DNA of 64,000 nucleotides from Amoebidium appalachense (GCA_963693365.1 CAVNZM010000001.1:21026125-21090124), one strand, 5' to 3'. Positions 1 through 21,722 are shown, counted from the first letter of the stretch. The notes: a model not told the origin generated them from the sequence alone. Translations and numbers: made by a program.

Positions 1-187
1 AGGCGTAGGGCAGGCCGAAGCATCCTGTGCCTATGATGCAGTTGAGCGCCACGGCCAGCGTAGTCAGCGAGTTGTACGTCTTAAGCCCCAGTGCCCGCGC
101 CTCCCTTTCCGTGCCCTCGTCCTCCGGCTGCACGTGTGGCTCCAGCAGAGGCTGGCTCTCGCTTGGCCGCCGCGTGATTTCTGTCAT
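1..187 (-). CDS. First coding exon (runs off the window) of an amino-acid transporter, AAAP/Aa_trans (SLC38/TMEM104-like), probably vacuolar/lysosomal
   Basis: Manual translation from ATG at 187: MTEITRRPSESQPLLEPH...LTTLAVALNCIIGTGCFGLPYA. N-x-I-I-G-T-G-x-x-x-L-P-Y-A is the TM1 signature of the family; ESQPLL fits the [DE]xxxL[LI] dileucine sorting motif. Confidence 0.75.
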   Translation of the reverse strand, partial: MTEITRRPSESQPLLEPHVQPEDEGTEREARALGLKTYNSLTTLAVALNCIIGTGCFGLPYA

Positions 188-982
188 GGTTGCGCGTAGA
201 AAATGACAGTGTGCGTGCGTGCGTGTGTGTGTATGTGTGCGCCACCGTTGTTGTAAGGGCTATGAGTTAACTTACAAAATAGCCTGTTCAAATCAAGACT
301 TCTGCTTCAAGTCGGCAAATTTAGTTTTCGGGAAAGATTTATCAGTTGGTAGGCATGCGCCCCAAGTTCAACTTTTTACGGTACCAAGGAAAGTCCAAAA
401 GGTAGATCAAAATTGTTTTTAGTGGGGGCACAAATGGAAGAAATATGAAGATTTTGATTGGCGGATGCAGCACCAGGTGTGCGATTGGGTAGACCAATCA
501 GTTGCTTTACTCCTACACCATATGTGGTTAAAGATCTGGCAGTGTGACCCCTGGAGCGAGACGCTCCACATTCAGCTTCCCTACCGTCTCGCGGAGTTCA
601 GTCACCAACACAAACATAACTATTTTAACGAGTTCGTTGTGCAGTTCATTAAAAAAGGTTGCTGATATCTATTGAGTTTCTGGCGACAGAGTGTAGCGAA
701 GTGGAGGACACCAAGACCATGTCTTTTCAATGCCACAGTTCCTGTCGTGACGACGGGCCGGCGCTGGCAGGCGTGCCTGCTTGCGCCGCACTCACGATGC
801 CATATATTTTTTGGTAAACTGTCTCATCTTACAGGTTTATCTCAGCTCACCAGAACAGCTAACGCACATGCATGTGTACACGCCCTTTCCACCACAGTTG
901 ATCAGGCTACGCACGTCGCCACCATCCACTTTCACTCTAAAATACGTTTCTTGCTTCGCGCCTGCGCACACACGTGTATTTC

Positions 983-1034
<52 letters not shown>

Positions 1035-1053
1035 CATCCCCCCCTTTCCTCGC

Positions 1054-1370
1054 AAGAATTATTCTGCAAAAGCGGAATTATTCTGCAAAGCAGATTTGTT
1101 CTGCAAAAGCAGATTCACTCTGCTTTTAGCAAAATTATTCTGCTTTTGGCAGAAATATTCCACATCAAGCAGAATTATTCTGCTTCCGACAGCAAAATAA
1201 TTCTGCTTTTAGCAGAATAATTCTACTTTTAGCAGAATGATCTGCTTTAAGCAGATTGATTCTGCTTTTAGCAGATTCAACTGCTGTCTACAGAATGATT
1301 CGGCGTTTAGCAGAATGATTCTGCTTTTTAGAGAATAATTTGCCTTTTGCAGAATAATTCTGCTCGGAGC
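1054..1370. repeat. Degenerate ~21-bp tandem repeat of self-complementary TTCTGC...GCAGAA units
   Basis: Recurrent ttctgcttttagcagaataa-like units; gcagaat(t/a)attctgc is near-palindromic. Confidence 0.8.
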
Positions 1371-1998
1371 AAATTGACTCAGCCGATGTGGTTAAGCACT
1401 TCGTTAGTTAGTGTGTCGTGAGGGGGGGAAGGGCCGGGGGAGGGAGGGGTTCATATTTTTTCTTATTATTTGCAGGATAATTGGCGTGTGGGTGGATACT
1501 TCCATTTAAATTTTGCTGGCCTGGGGGTAGGTTCTGCACAAATTCAGTCAGTTGGGCATAGTATTACAGGAGCAGGCAAATCCCTCTTTGCCCGCTGACT
1601 ATGCAGGGGCTTCAATCACCGTCAAAGAGCACCAACTAACTATGCGAGCAACTGCAGACACATGCACATGAGCCACACGGGGCACAGCCACCAGACCACG
1701 TGCACGTGCCTGCACATTTGAATACATGGGTCATCATATGTACATCATCACACCCTCCTAATGCGCCTGCATACACAGCTGCATTCACCTTGATGTGACT
1801 GCCTACCCTCACTATCATTACTGTCCTGTGGTGGTCTACCAACCACCACAGGCATACATCCTTGTATCCTAGTTATGCCAGCATGCCTGGCGCAAAAACC
1901 AGCTGTATACAACACTATATCCTAGTATTTACATAACTGACTTCTGACTTCTGTCCACGGCCATACTCCGACTACCCACCACCACAGCCACTCACCAC

Positions 1999-9737
<7,739 letters not shown>

Positions 9738-9739
9738 AG

Positions 9740-10223
9740 TATGCGCCTGCGCCGTCTTCCTGCTGCTGCAGGTAGCGCGCTAGAGCCTCGTCCTCGGCAA
9801 CACCCATCTCTCGCTAGCTAGCCGCGTGATACGTTCCCTTGTGGTTACACACTGCAAACACCACAAACACTGCTGAAAAAAGTTGGCAGTGGGGTGATCA
9901 TTTGGAAGCGGGGTGCAGCTTGGCAAAGATGGCCAATCAGAAAGTGGAAACAAAGGAATGCGCGGGAAGGCGAACGATTGGAAGACTGTTTCAAATGCAA
10001 GCGAATGAAGAAAGAGCCTCGAACACTATATATAGGTACAATGTAAATAGCTTGATTGGTATCACCAATACTGCCTTACGTAAGGGAGCTTCCTGTGATT
10101 ACATCACAGCTCGTCAGCGTCTGCCTGTATCCGGAGAGCTCAGTCACACTTGTCTTTAAGGTAATTTACAGTTTCAAAGTTTTGGGGATAGCACACACAC
10201 TCTGTGAGCACGCACACGGCAGC
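9740..10223. promoter_or_regulatory. Putative bidirectional promoter between MYSM1-like and CWC15
   Basis: About 480 bp between divergent start codons, free of microsatellites, with CCAAT boxes in both orientations (~9931, ~9976, ~10054-10068) and a TATATA run at ~10028. Confidence 0.5.
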
Positions 10224-11177
10224 ATGACTACGGCACACAGACCCACGTGGGCACCCGCCAAGGGCGGTGGAACCGCACGTGACCTGGGGCGCACACAGCA
10301 GTTCAGCAGCAGAGACCTGCCGGGGCACATGAACCTCAAGCTCAGGTGTGTGGTGGACGTCTATGCACACTACGCATCCACACATACCTGCACCCACAAG
10401 CACGCAGGCACGCACGCGTACACACACCTGCAGCCATTCACGTACACATGCACGCATAAACCACACTGTACGCGTTCCCACGCACAGATTTCACACACGT
10501 ATACTCGCGCGCACGCACACACTGTCACGCAAACATACACACCGACACACACACACTTGCACATGGAAAGAAAAATCCTTGCTTTAGACAAACTCCCACT
10601 CGCTGCAGAGTTACGAACAGACAGGTGCGTGGACATATACACCACACACACTCACAGCCATATATACACACAGGAACACACTGCTGCTCCCGAGTTCATG
10701 CAATCACACGCACACGCGAAAGGAACACGCACAGGCTTAACGCACATATACGTGCCTGTGATTGAGGCAGGCACACAGACTTGCACACACGCACAGCTAC
10801 ACACCAAGTCCACTGCAGTACGCGTGAGTCCATGCTCCCACACGCTCCAGTTTACACACACGAAACCATAGGCACCCCTAGTACTCTGAGCCATAACACA
10901 TTCTTGCTGACGGGTATGCACACCCAGACCCAAAGATGCGAGCACCCATTATAAAAGCATATAGTTTCAAAGGATGGCCAGCTGCCAGTTAACCTCTCTG
11001 GTGTTCTGCTCACTTTCCATTTTACGGTCCTGCTCTGTGCTGCTCAATCCCACAACCTGTGCTGTGTCTGACATGGTGCACAGGCAAGCCGAGGAGGAGC
11101 CCGAGACACGTGACCTGAAGGCAGAGCTCAGGCGCAAGGAGGAGGAGGCCCGCAGCAAGAGGCGCCGCCACCACGGT

Positions 11178-11208
<31 letters not shown>

Positions 11209-11745
11209 GGGAGGGGGAGGGGAGAGGGGGCAGTGGGTGAGGTGTTGGTGGGGGGTGGGATGAGTGGGTGGATGTGGTGCGTTTTGTCTCTTCCTTTTCT
11301 TTCTTTCCCTCTTTCTTTCTCTCTTTTCTTTTTTTCTTTTTTTTCTTTTTTCTTTTCTATGGGGGGGGGGGGGGGGGGGGGGAGGGGGGGGGGGGGGGGG
11401 GGCTAGGATGGGAAGGTATGTGTTGGTGAAGGGTTGGGCCATGTGGGCGGCTGGGCATGGATAGGTGCATGGGTGAGTGGGTGGATGGGTTTGTGGGGAT
11501 GGTTGACTGGAGGGGTATAAGAAGGCATTGGTGTGGGGGGGGCGGGGGGGGTGAGTGTGCCTGTGTTTTGCTGTTTCTTTCGTCCTTTCCCCCTCCCCTC
11601 CCTCCCCCCCCATTTTTTTCTTCTTTCAGGTCTTTCTGGTTGTCAATTGGGCTGACTGACACTTGCTGAATTCAGAACCCGAGGAGGAGGAGGAGGAGGA
11701 CACAAAGGCCCCCCGTCTGCTGGATGCAGAGACAGGTGTGTGTGT

Positions 11746-11801
<56 letters not shown>

Positions 11802-12736
11802 AAATATGTACGTGCATAAGGTTACGAGTGTGGGTGTGGGTGGCTGGCATGCAGCCGGATGTGTTGCATGCATGCCCGGTGTGTGTTTCGTGGTAGCGGT
11901 TATGGTTGTGATGGTGTGTGACTCATGCGTGTGGGTAAAGGTGTGTGTATAGGTGTGTGTATTGCACGTTCGTGTTAGATGTCTTCCCCTTCTTTTTTTG
12001 TTCATCTCACCAGGGGGGGGGGGGGGGGAGGGGGGGGAGGGGGGGGGGGGGGGAGGTGAGAAAGAGAGGGGGGGGGAGGGGGGGGGGGTCTGGCTTTTTT
12101 CAGGGGGGCTTTTTCCAATCCTTGTGCTCGGTTTCCTTTGGGCGGCCATGGAAAAAGAGGGGGGGAGGGAGGGGACGGAACACGGGGGAGGTAGCAGCTA
12201 ACGGGATGGTTTTCAGCGGCATTGGATGCAGACGATGCAGACCAGAACGATGATGACGATGACGACAGGTGGGTGCGCACCAGATATGGATATGAGCCAT
12301 ACTTGGATGTATGGATATGTGGATATATATGCACCATACATGGATATGTGGATATGCACCATATGTGGATATGCACCATATGTGGATATGCACCATACAT
12401 GGATATATGGATATGCACCATATGTGGACATGCACCATACATGGATATGCACCATATGCGGACATGCACCATAATGTGAACATGCACCATATGTGGGTAT
12501 GCATGCATGTACACACTAGATGTGGATATGTGGATATGTGTATATTCACCATATGTGGATATGCATGCAGTACACACCAGATGAAGATGTTGTTATGCAT
12601 GCAGTACACACCAGATGAAGATGTTGTTATGCATGCAGTACACACCAGATGTGGATGTTGTGCATGCAGTGGGCACACACATGGGTGGAAATGATCTGTG
12701 TATGGGATTAGTGGATGAGAGGCCGGGGGGGGGGGG

Positions 12737-12805
<69 letters not shown>

Positions 12806-13314
12806 CGAGAGAGGTGTGTGTGTGTGTGTGTGTATGTGTGTGTGTGTGTGTGTGTGTGAGCGTGGATATGTGTGTGTGTGTGTGTGTGTGTTTGGGGGGG
12901 AGGGGAGGGGAGGGGAGGGGGTATTGTGTGTTAGACAAACTCCTACATGCATGCACACGTCATGGCACCCACACTACGTCTTGTGTATGAGCTGACACAT
13001 GCCTATGCTTAAAAACAATGGTGGGTGTGTGTTGGTGGCACACACTGCATTTGGCACTCGCATGCAATTAAGACAGGGCCACGTGTGTTGCCTGGGCACA
13101 TGCACTGACCATCATCCATGTGCTTGTTGCTTAATTTAGAACATACGGCACGAACCAATGAATATTCCAGTATGGTCACGTGCATGCCCTGTTCTGATTG
13201 GTGGGTGCAGTGATGATAGCGATGAGGACGACACGGCCGAGCTTCTAGCCGAGCTGGAACGAATCAAAAAGGAGAGGGCACTGGAGCAGGCCAGAAAGGT
13301 GCGTCTGTGTGTGT

Positions 13315-13346
<32 letters not shown>

Positions 13347-13838
13347 GGGAGGGAAGGTAGGGAGGAAGGCAGATGCCTGGTGTTGGACAGGGGTTGGTTG
13401 TTGTGTGCCGTGTGGCCGCTAATGATTCTGCTACGTGTGGCCGCTAATGATTCTGCTACGTGTGGCCGCTAATGATTCTGCTACGTGTGCATGTGCAGTG
13501 GTGCCTTGCTGTGTGGCAGGACTGTAATGCAAAGGGCACGTGGGCATGGGGGGCAGGCACACTGCATGCACGGGTACGCACACACCCTGCCTGGTGCCCC
13601 GTTCTTATGACCCTGGCTGTGGCTGTGTACACTTGTGTGCTTCGGCCCGTGTGCAGGTTCAAACCCCTACCCCCCCTGACTGCGTGTCTGCAGGAGGCAG
13701 AGGAGGCACAGGCACAGGAGTTGATCCGCACAGAGAATCTGCTGCAGGGCAACCCACTGCTGCACCAGGCAGGAGACTTCACTATCAAGAAGAGGTGTGT
13801 GCTTTTTTTTTTTTTCTTTTGGGGGGGCCTTCCCCCCC

Positions 13839-13869
<31 letters not shown>

Positions 13870-15206
13870 AAAAAAAAAAAATAAAAAATAAAAATAAAAT
13901 AAAATAAAAAATAAAGGAAAGACAAAAAGAGAGAAGAAAAAAAGGGGGAGATTTACGTTCTGGCTTTTCCTCCTGTGGGCTGGGAATGTAACTGGGGTTG
14001 GTGACTCCCCCCCCCCCCCCCAAAACCCCCCCTCCCCCCCCCCCCCCTTTTTTTTTGGGGGGGGGGGGGAGGAGGGGGAGGGGGGGTCCATTGTGTTTGA
14101 ATGTTTCTGTCCACTTTCCTGAGCAAGGAAACAAGAAACATTGTTATGGATGTGTGTGCTGATATGCACTATATATATGTGGGATGATATTCCTTGCTGA
14201 TATGCACTATTTATAGGTGGAATGATATTCCTTGCTGATATGCACTATATATAGGTGGGATGATATTCCTTGCTGATATGCACTATTTATAGGTGGGAAG
14301 ATATTCCTTGCTGATATCCACTATTTATAGGTGGGATGATGTTCCTTGCTGATATGCACTATTTATAGGTGGGATGATGTTCCTTGCTGATATGCAGTAT
14401 TTATAGGTGGGATGATGTTCCTTGCTGATATGCACTATTTATATGTGGGATGATATTCCTTGCTGATATGCACTAGTGATATGTGGGATGATGTTCCTTG
14501 CTGATATGCACTATTTATAGGTGGAATGATATTCCTTGCTGATATGCACTATTTATAGGTGGGGTGATGTTCCTTGCTGATATTCACTATTTATAGGTGG
14601 GATGATATACCTTGCTGATGTGCTATTTATATGTGGGATGATATACCTTGCTGATGTGCTATTTATAGGTGGGATGATGACGTGGTGTTCAAAAACTGTG
14701 CAAGGGGGGTGCCGGACAAGAAGACACCCAGCTACGTTAACGACACAATCCGCAGCGAGTTCCACAGAAAATTCATGAAGAAGTCCGTGAAACAATCACA
14801 CACACATGCACACACAGACATGCATACATGTGCACACAGACATGCATACATGTGCACACAGCATGCATACATGCACACCCAGACATGCATACATGTGCAC
14901 ACAGGCATGCATACATGCACACACAGACATGCATACATGCCCACACAGACATATGCACATGTACACACACACATGCGCACACGTGGACACAAACATATGC
15001 ACAGCGCACACAGACATGCGCACGTGCGCCCACAGACATATGTACACATGCACACAGACACATTCACACATGTACACACAAACATGCACACATGTACACA
15101 CAGATATATGCACACACACACACACACATGCACACATGTACACACAGATACATGCACACACACACACACACACACACACCTATGCACACATGTACACACA
15201 GAGATA

Positions 15207-15237
<31 letters not shown>

Positions 15238-15306
15238 GCACATATCTACACACAGAGATATGCACACACACACACACACATATGCACACATGTACACACA
15301 GAGATA

Positions 15307-15337
<31 letters not shown>

Positions 15338-15636
15338 GCACACATGTACACACAGATATATGCTCACATACACACACACACACACATATGCACACATGTA
15401 CACACAGAGATATGCACACATACACACACACATGCACATGTGCGCACACACCCATGCACACATACACCCCACTCCATATGAGCACATGTATCTACGTGCA
15501 ACCACACCCACAACCACAGGCAATGTCAGGCATGTTTGCACATGCATGTGCATGTGCCACCCACGTACCTCCATCCATGCCCCTCATCCCAATGAGCGTA
15601 CCTTTTTTTTTGTATGCCTATTGCCTTTTGTTTGCT

Positions 15637-15677
<41 letters not shown>

Positions 15678-15777
15678 TTCTGTCTGAGGACATGCTCTGC
15701 CTATTGTGCATAGCTGTGTGCTTTGAGCTCTGCAATGTGTTGTCTGTTGTGCAAGTGTGCTTGTACCTTTTGGCGCA

Positions 15778-15843
<66 letters not shown>

Positions 15844-16128
15844 ACCACCACACCAACAACAACAACAACAACAAAAAAAAGAAAGAAAGAAATAAAGAAA
15901 AGAAAGAAAGAAAAAAAAAGAAAAAGAAAAAAGAAGCCCTCCTCACATTTTCGTTTGTGTCTTGTGATGCCTTGCCTCATCCATCTTCAGGGCACACACC
16001 CACTCTTCCTCTCTGCATAGACTGTTTGTGTGTGGCGAGGGACTGATAAGCACGAGTTGTTCAATGACATATCTGACCTCCCTCCTCGTACACACACGCA
16101 ACACACACACTCCCTCTCTCACTCACGT

Positions 16129-16207
<79 letters not shown>

Positions 16208-16219
16208 TACGTGCAATGA
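10224..16219 (+). CDS. CWC15: Spliceosome (Prp19/NTC-associated) protein CWC15/Cwf15, 8 exons
   Basis: Exon 1 10224-10345 [15 protein letters not shown]...[14 protein letters not shown]; acidic exons at ~11083-11175, ~11676-11734 and ~12217-12268; [19 protein letters not shown] (~13211-13298); GNPLL..F.IKKR (~13694-13794); [13 protein letters not shown]...[15 protein letters not shown] (14669-14782); YVQ* (16207-16219). These are hallmark Cwf15 motifs. Confidence 0.93.
12269..12670. repeat. Intronic degenerate minisatellite (gtggatatgcaccatat-like units)
   Basis: Starts exactly at the donor gtgggtgcgcaccagat and repeats variants of it. Confidence 0.85.
14150..14680 (+). repeat. 38-bp tandem array that copies the CWC15 exon-7 splice acceptor
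   Basis: Unit gtgggatgatattccttgctgatatgcactatttatag, about 13 copies; the last junction tttatag|GTGGGATGATGAC is the real exon start (14669). Confidence 0.93.
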
Positions 16220-16328
16220 TGACGTATACGCGCATTGTCAGTTGATCCGCAGCGATTATGAATGTGAATGACGGCACCCTAGGGGGTGTGGTGGTGAGAG
16301 GGGATGTGTGACGGCGAGGCTGCAGGGG

Positions 16329-16365
<37 letters not shown>

Positions 16366-16831
16366 GCGTGTGTGTGTGTGTGTGTGTGGGGGGGGGGGGG
16401 GGGCAGGTGTGTGTGTGTGTGCGTGTGTGTGTGTGTGGGGGGGGGGGGCAGACTGAAACCTCTGGGCCATACGCCCGTAAGAGTGCCTGGGGCACGGTGC
16501 AGTGGAGAGTGCAGGAAAGGGTAAATGAAAGGGCACCCTGCTGCCTGCAACAGTAAAGGCCTCAGGCCAGCCAATTGATTATTAGCAGTGTGTGTGCACG
16601 GTCTGGCGTACTTATGGGTCCTGGGGGTGCGGATGCATGTCCCAGCCCAGGAGGGAGGGAGGGTGCCCTGAGAAGAATGGACATGGGGTGATGATTTCGA
16701 ACCCTGACGCTGACTGATGTGAGTGCAGCTTGTAACAAGCTGCTGCCTGAAAACTTTGCTTGATCACATACCACCACATGAAGGGTCACGTGGGCTGCTT
16801 GGTGCCCCTTTGTTTTTGTTTTATCAGTAGT

Positions 16832-18358
16832 ATGGCGTGGCTGCTGCTGCCGGCCAGCACTGAACGGCTGCGGCTGCGGCGGCTGACCGACAGTGACCTG
16901 CCCCCTTTTGTGGGCTACCGTAGCTGCAGGGAGGTGGCCAGGCTACAGAGCTGGACGGAAGACTTCGGCCTGGAACAGGCACAGGCCCTGCTCAGGTCAC
17001 AGGACAGCAACAGCTGGGGCCAGCCTGACACGTATGTGGCCTTTGGCTTCCTCGTGCTGTGTGTTTGTGTGTGGGGGGGTGGGTGGGTGGGTGGGTGGGG
17101 GGAGGGGGGGGGGGAGGGGGGGGGGGAGGGAACCAGGCACCTTATTCTGCAGGTTCAGATCCCGTCCCCTTCTGGTCGTTTCCTCCCGCGAGGCTCGACC
17201 TTCCATTTATAGTGTTTTCATTCTACTTCCCGTTTATTCCCTCACAAGCACCCGCTCTTCGATTACTATTTGCTGCATTCTTTCCGACCCCGATACAAAT
17301 TTGACAACACCCACAACTCTTCCTGACCTGATATATCGATATTTTCCCCTTTCCGTTCTTTCCTTCCATCCCACGCCCTCCCGCGTTCCTTTTGCTTCAC
17401 TTGACCTCTTTGTCCCCATATTGCCTTCCCCTCCTTCCGCATCCCCCCTTCCCCTCACATGTAGTTGTAGGTGTTGATTCCCCCCCCCCTCCCCCCACCA
17501 ATTCCTGATTGTACTCCCCGAACTCAGCCTCCCCCCCTCCTCCTCCCCCTCCCCCCTCTCTCCCCCTCGATCCGCCCCCTCCTCCTCCCCCCCCCCCCCC
17601 CCCCCCCCCCCCCCTTTCCACTAAATACACCCACACAATCACCTTCCTCTTCTGCGCACCACGACACGCCTGCCGTTAAAGTCTTGGTTTGGATGGTCGA
17701 CCCCCATACTTCTGTGTATTAACCAAACAGAGTGCTAATGTGCGGGTCACTGAAGGTTCCTGGTGGATGACCTCATGCATCCCTCCTTTCATGTTACACT
17801 AGTGCCCACAAGCGCCCGTGCACAGATGCGTGCCCACATGGAGAAAACCGTCACCCACTTGCTAACACACACAAGTACATAGCCACACATGGATACCCCT
17901 ACCTGCACACAAGTGCACATGCTATTAGAGAGACAAAGAGAAACAGACATGGCAGGCAGGCAGCTGGCCAGGCGCACACAGGAGCTCACAGGCCAACCCC
18001 CAGGTGGTACCAGACGGCCATAGCCGACAAGACAACAGACACCCTCCTAGGCGATATAGCCCTCCACTTCCCCCCTGCTGGCTCCCGTGTGCTTGAGGTT
18101 GGGTTCACTGTGGCCCCAGAGCACCAGGGTAAGGGCTATGCCTCTGAGGCCCTGCGGTGTGTGCTGACTGCAGCAGCAGAGGGTGGGGAGGTTGAAAAGG
18201 TGGTGGCATACACGGACGTGAGGAACACAGCAGCTAGAAGGCTGCTGGAGAGGGTTGGGTTTGTGCAGGAGGGTGAGCCCAGTGAGGCTACGTTCAAGGG
18301 GGAGGTGTGTTTGGAGGTGTGCTACGTCTATGTGGTTGGGTCCTGTCCAAGGGGCTAA
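16832..18358 (+). CDS. GNAT N-acetyltransferase, RimJ/RimL (Acetyltransf_3) type, 2 exons (16832-17031, 18004-18358)
   Basis: TERLRLRRLTDSDL N-terminus, WYQTAIA...LLGDIAL, EVGFTVAPEHQGKGYASEAL (acetyl-CoA motif A) and NTAARRLLERVGF; the GT-AG intron joins in frame. Confidence 0.9.
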
Positions 18359-19092
18359 CATGGTTAACCGGTTCTCATAGTCCTAATATTAGATCTCGTG
18401 TAGAGGGATGTTTTTCCCATATATAGCTGAGGCTTTGTACCAGAAGCATGCGTGTGTGTCTTAATCAAACCTTCAGAAGTAAGCCGTGTTTGCACAGAAT
18501 TTAGCCTGTATGAATGCATCATGACATCGTGCTTGTGTTTGTGTGTGTAAGGGGCATGAAACACGTGTTAGTGTGCACATGCACCTCCGTGCACTTAAGG
18601 GAACGTTTGTGGCGCTTGTTTATCAGCATGCGCCATCTAGACTTCGGGCATCAGTGGAACACTGTGTTGGGCTCCTCATAGACATTACTACTTTAGTGCA
18701 CTATTTACCAGCTGTAGTATGAGACTCAGCACCAAGTATGTATGTGGACACCTAAAATACACTGCGCAGGAAGTGAAAAATAAAGTGACGCCTTCAAGTA
18801 TATATGTATGTGTTGCGTATGTCCAGAGGTGCAGGCTCAGAACGTGTACGTACTGCAGTAAAGCACAAGACTCCCCCATACGTGGCACAGCCAACTCTTG
18901 GGGATCCAGCGCTTATGTATATATCAACAAGTTCAACTGCACACAGCCACACACACACACACACGTGCACAGGCAAAATCCACTGCTGCTGCTGGGTGCC
19001 CAGTTGCTTGGCTGTTGAACCATTCCCAGCCGGCTAACTTCGACCCAGCAGCCACTGAAACAATACGAGTATTGGCCTTGACAGGTCACAGA

Positions 19093-21253
19093 CTACGCGT
19101 GCAGGTGCTGGAAGTAGTATGTGAGGCCCAGCATGACTGCCCCCACGGCCATGGTGGCCAGTGCCATGGGGTCCTGCCCCCTGTGGGGACTCTCCTTGAC
19201 CACCCACTGCACCTCCCCCGCCTCCTTCTCCTTCTTACGCTGGCGCACCTCCCCACCCTCGCCCCCTGCCGCCGCCTTTTTCTTCTTTGCTGGCTTGGGC
19301 CCCTCTGGCTCTGGCACCGCAAACTCGATCTGTGCCCCATCGTCAGCCAAGTGCTTGCGAAAAGAATGCAAACCATCCAAAGAATCCTCCGACTCGTGCA
19401 CACTCTAAGCATCAACTTCATCACCATAGGTAGTGAGACATGTTTGTCTCCAATGCCGTCTCTATATCCAAACCCCCCCCCCCCCCTCCCCCCCCCCCCA
19501 AACCCCTTCTCCCCAAACAAAACTCCAACCTCCACGTATCCAACACACACCCTCTCAACCCACCAGCAAGGCAATTGGCATGTACACACTAGCTAAATCA
19601 AATTAAAGCTGACACACGGGCGTCAAATGCACACGGGCACACGAGCAGGCGGCACGAACAACCACCCATATAAAGACACACGCGCAAGCGTACACAGGCA
19701 GCAAAGCCATGCCCCTGGTAGCAGTAAGGCCCCTCACGCATGCACACGTTTACACACATGTACGGGCATGGATCCGATCACCTCCAAACCATGTAACAAA
19801 GAAATCAAAAAAGGCACACCCGCAGACACTAGCGCACATGCCACCACATGCACACACAAGCACCCACCTCGCCATGGCTGTGGCCGCACGAGCCGCCACC
19901 GTCATGACTATGGCCGTGGTCATCCCCACCGTGGCTATGCCCATGGTCCTCCCCGTCATGGCTGTGTCCATGGTCATCGCCATCGTGGCTGTGGCCGTGG
20001 TCGTTGTCGTCCTGGAAGTGGCCTGTGCACGGCACCCCGTTGTGGCTGTGGCTGTGCCCCCCGGCCTCCTCCTCCGTCTGTATGGTTGCATATGTGAGAC
20101 ACAGACATACCCAACTAGAATGCAGGCCCACAGGCTTGCACCCGTGTCCAGAGGGTGGGGCTAGAAATAACACCCCCACAACCACACACACGACCAAATC
20201 CAACCGTACCTGGCCTGATAAACAAGAAGACACCAGCCTCTACCTGGGTGTCTGTTTGGGGCAACGACACTGCACGTTGCTAAACATAGATTGTCTACTT
20301 GTTGCCAAGCACATCTGCACAGGCTTGCACCTAAACACAACCATGCTCACCTGGACCTGTATGTCCGTATTCTCCTGCATGATCTGCTGCACGTTGCTGT
20401 CAGCCTCTAGCGCGGCCACGGCAGGCACACTGAGCTGGCTGCCGACCTTGATCAACACCACAACCACCACGGCCAGGGGCTTGCGCACCTCCTCCTGCAC
20501 CTGGAAGTACGCAGTAGTGGCTGCCTGCACTAGGCCCCCCTGTGTGTGCATGCGTGTGAGTGTGTGATAGCGTGGGTGTTAGGCGTGCGGTGTGCGGGTG
20601 CATAGGGGGGTGTGAAGGGAGGAGGTAGGGTGTATGGTTGTGTGTGCACGTGCAAGTGCAGCTGCGATTGTGTGGGTGTATGGTTGTGCGTGTTTGTGTG
20701 TGCCTGTGGGTGGGTTGAGATATGTGGGTGCTGGGACGTTAAGGTTGGTTAGAGTGATAGTGATCAAACCTTATGATGCTGGAGACAAGTAGAACAACAG
20801 CTAGAACAACATGTAGAGCAACAAGTAGAGCAACAAGCACAGAAACAAGTAGAGCAACATGTGAGCAACAAGTAGTGTGCATGATGTGTGTAGAGTGGGG
20901 TGCATGGTGGCCAGAGCAAGCTACTGAAGACCAACACACACATTTGACGGACAGCACAGAACTGCCTTAAAAACCCCAGCCAAGGGTTGCCCCTTGTTAC
21001 AACCCTGCACATGCACACAGCACCAACGGACAGCATACCTCGATGAAAGCAGTGCCGATGGTGGGGGGAGACACGGACATGCGGACCAGCAGCATGCACA
21101 GTGGGCCCAGGATTGTGAGGGCAGCTGGGCCGTGGCTGCTAGACCTTGCGTGTTTGCTTATCCAGGCCATCAGGGAGACGGCCCACTTGCAGTCCACTAG
21201 CTTGGCTATCTCCTCGATCACACCGTTGACGTTGGACACCCACAGACCAAACG

Positions 21254-21314
<61 letters not shown>

Positions 21315-21684
21315 GATGGGGGAGGGGGGAGAAGAGGAGGAGGAGGGGGGGGGGGGGGGGGGGGGATGATGAATCAGAATGAGTGATAAGAGTACGAAGT
21401 ACACCTCTTTTTTTTTCCCCCTTTTTGGAGGGGGGGGGGGTTGAGATGGTGTTCAGATACTGTGCAAGCCCAGATCAGGTGTTTGAGAAGGGGGCTTAAT
21501 GACGTGTAATGTACAACGTGCAAATGCAGCTAATAGCAGGATGAAGATATGTGCAAAGAACACATAATGAATTTGCAAACAAGTAGAGCCCATCCTCCAA
21601 GGAAGCCAAGCCACTTGCAGTGCCCGAGGTTCGATCTTTTCACGTCGGAAAGAGGAAGCCCATGCAATTTATAGTAATCATTTT

Positions 21685-21722
<38 letters not shown>

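Noticed and set aside
984-1032. Exact lengths of long poly-C/G/A runs as biological signals
   Set aside because: Homopolymer lengths are unreliable in long-read consensus and cannot be judged without reads.
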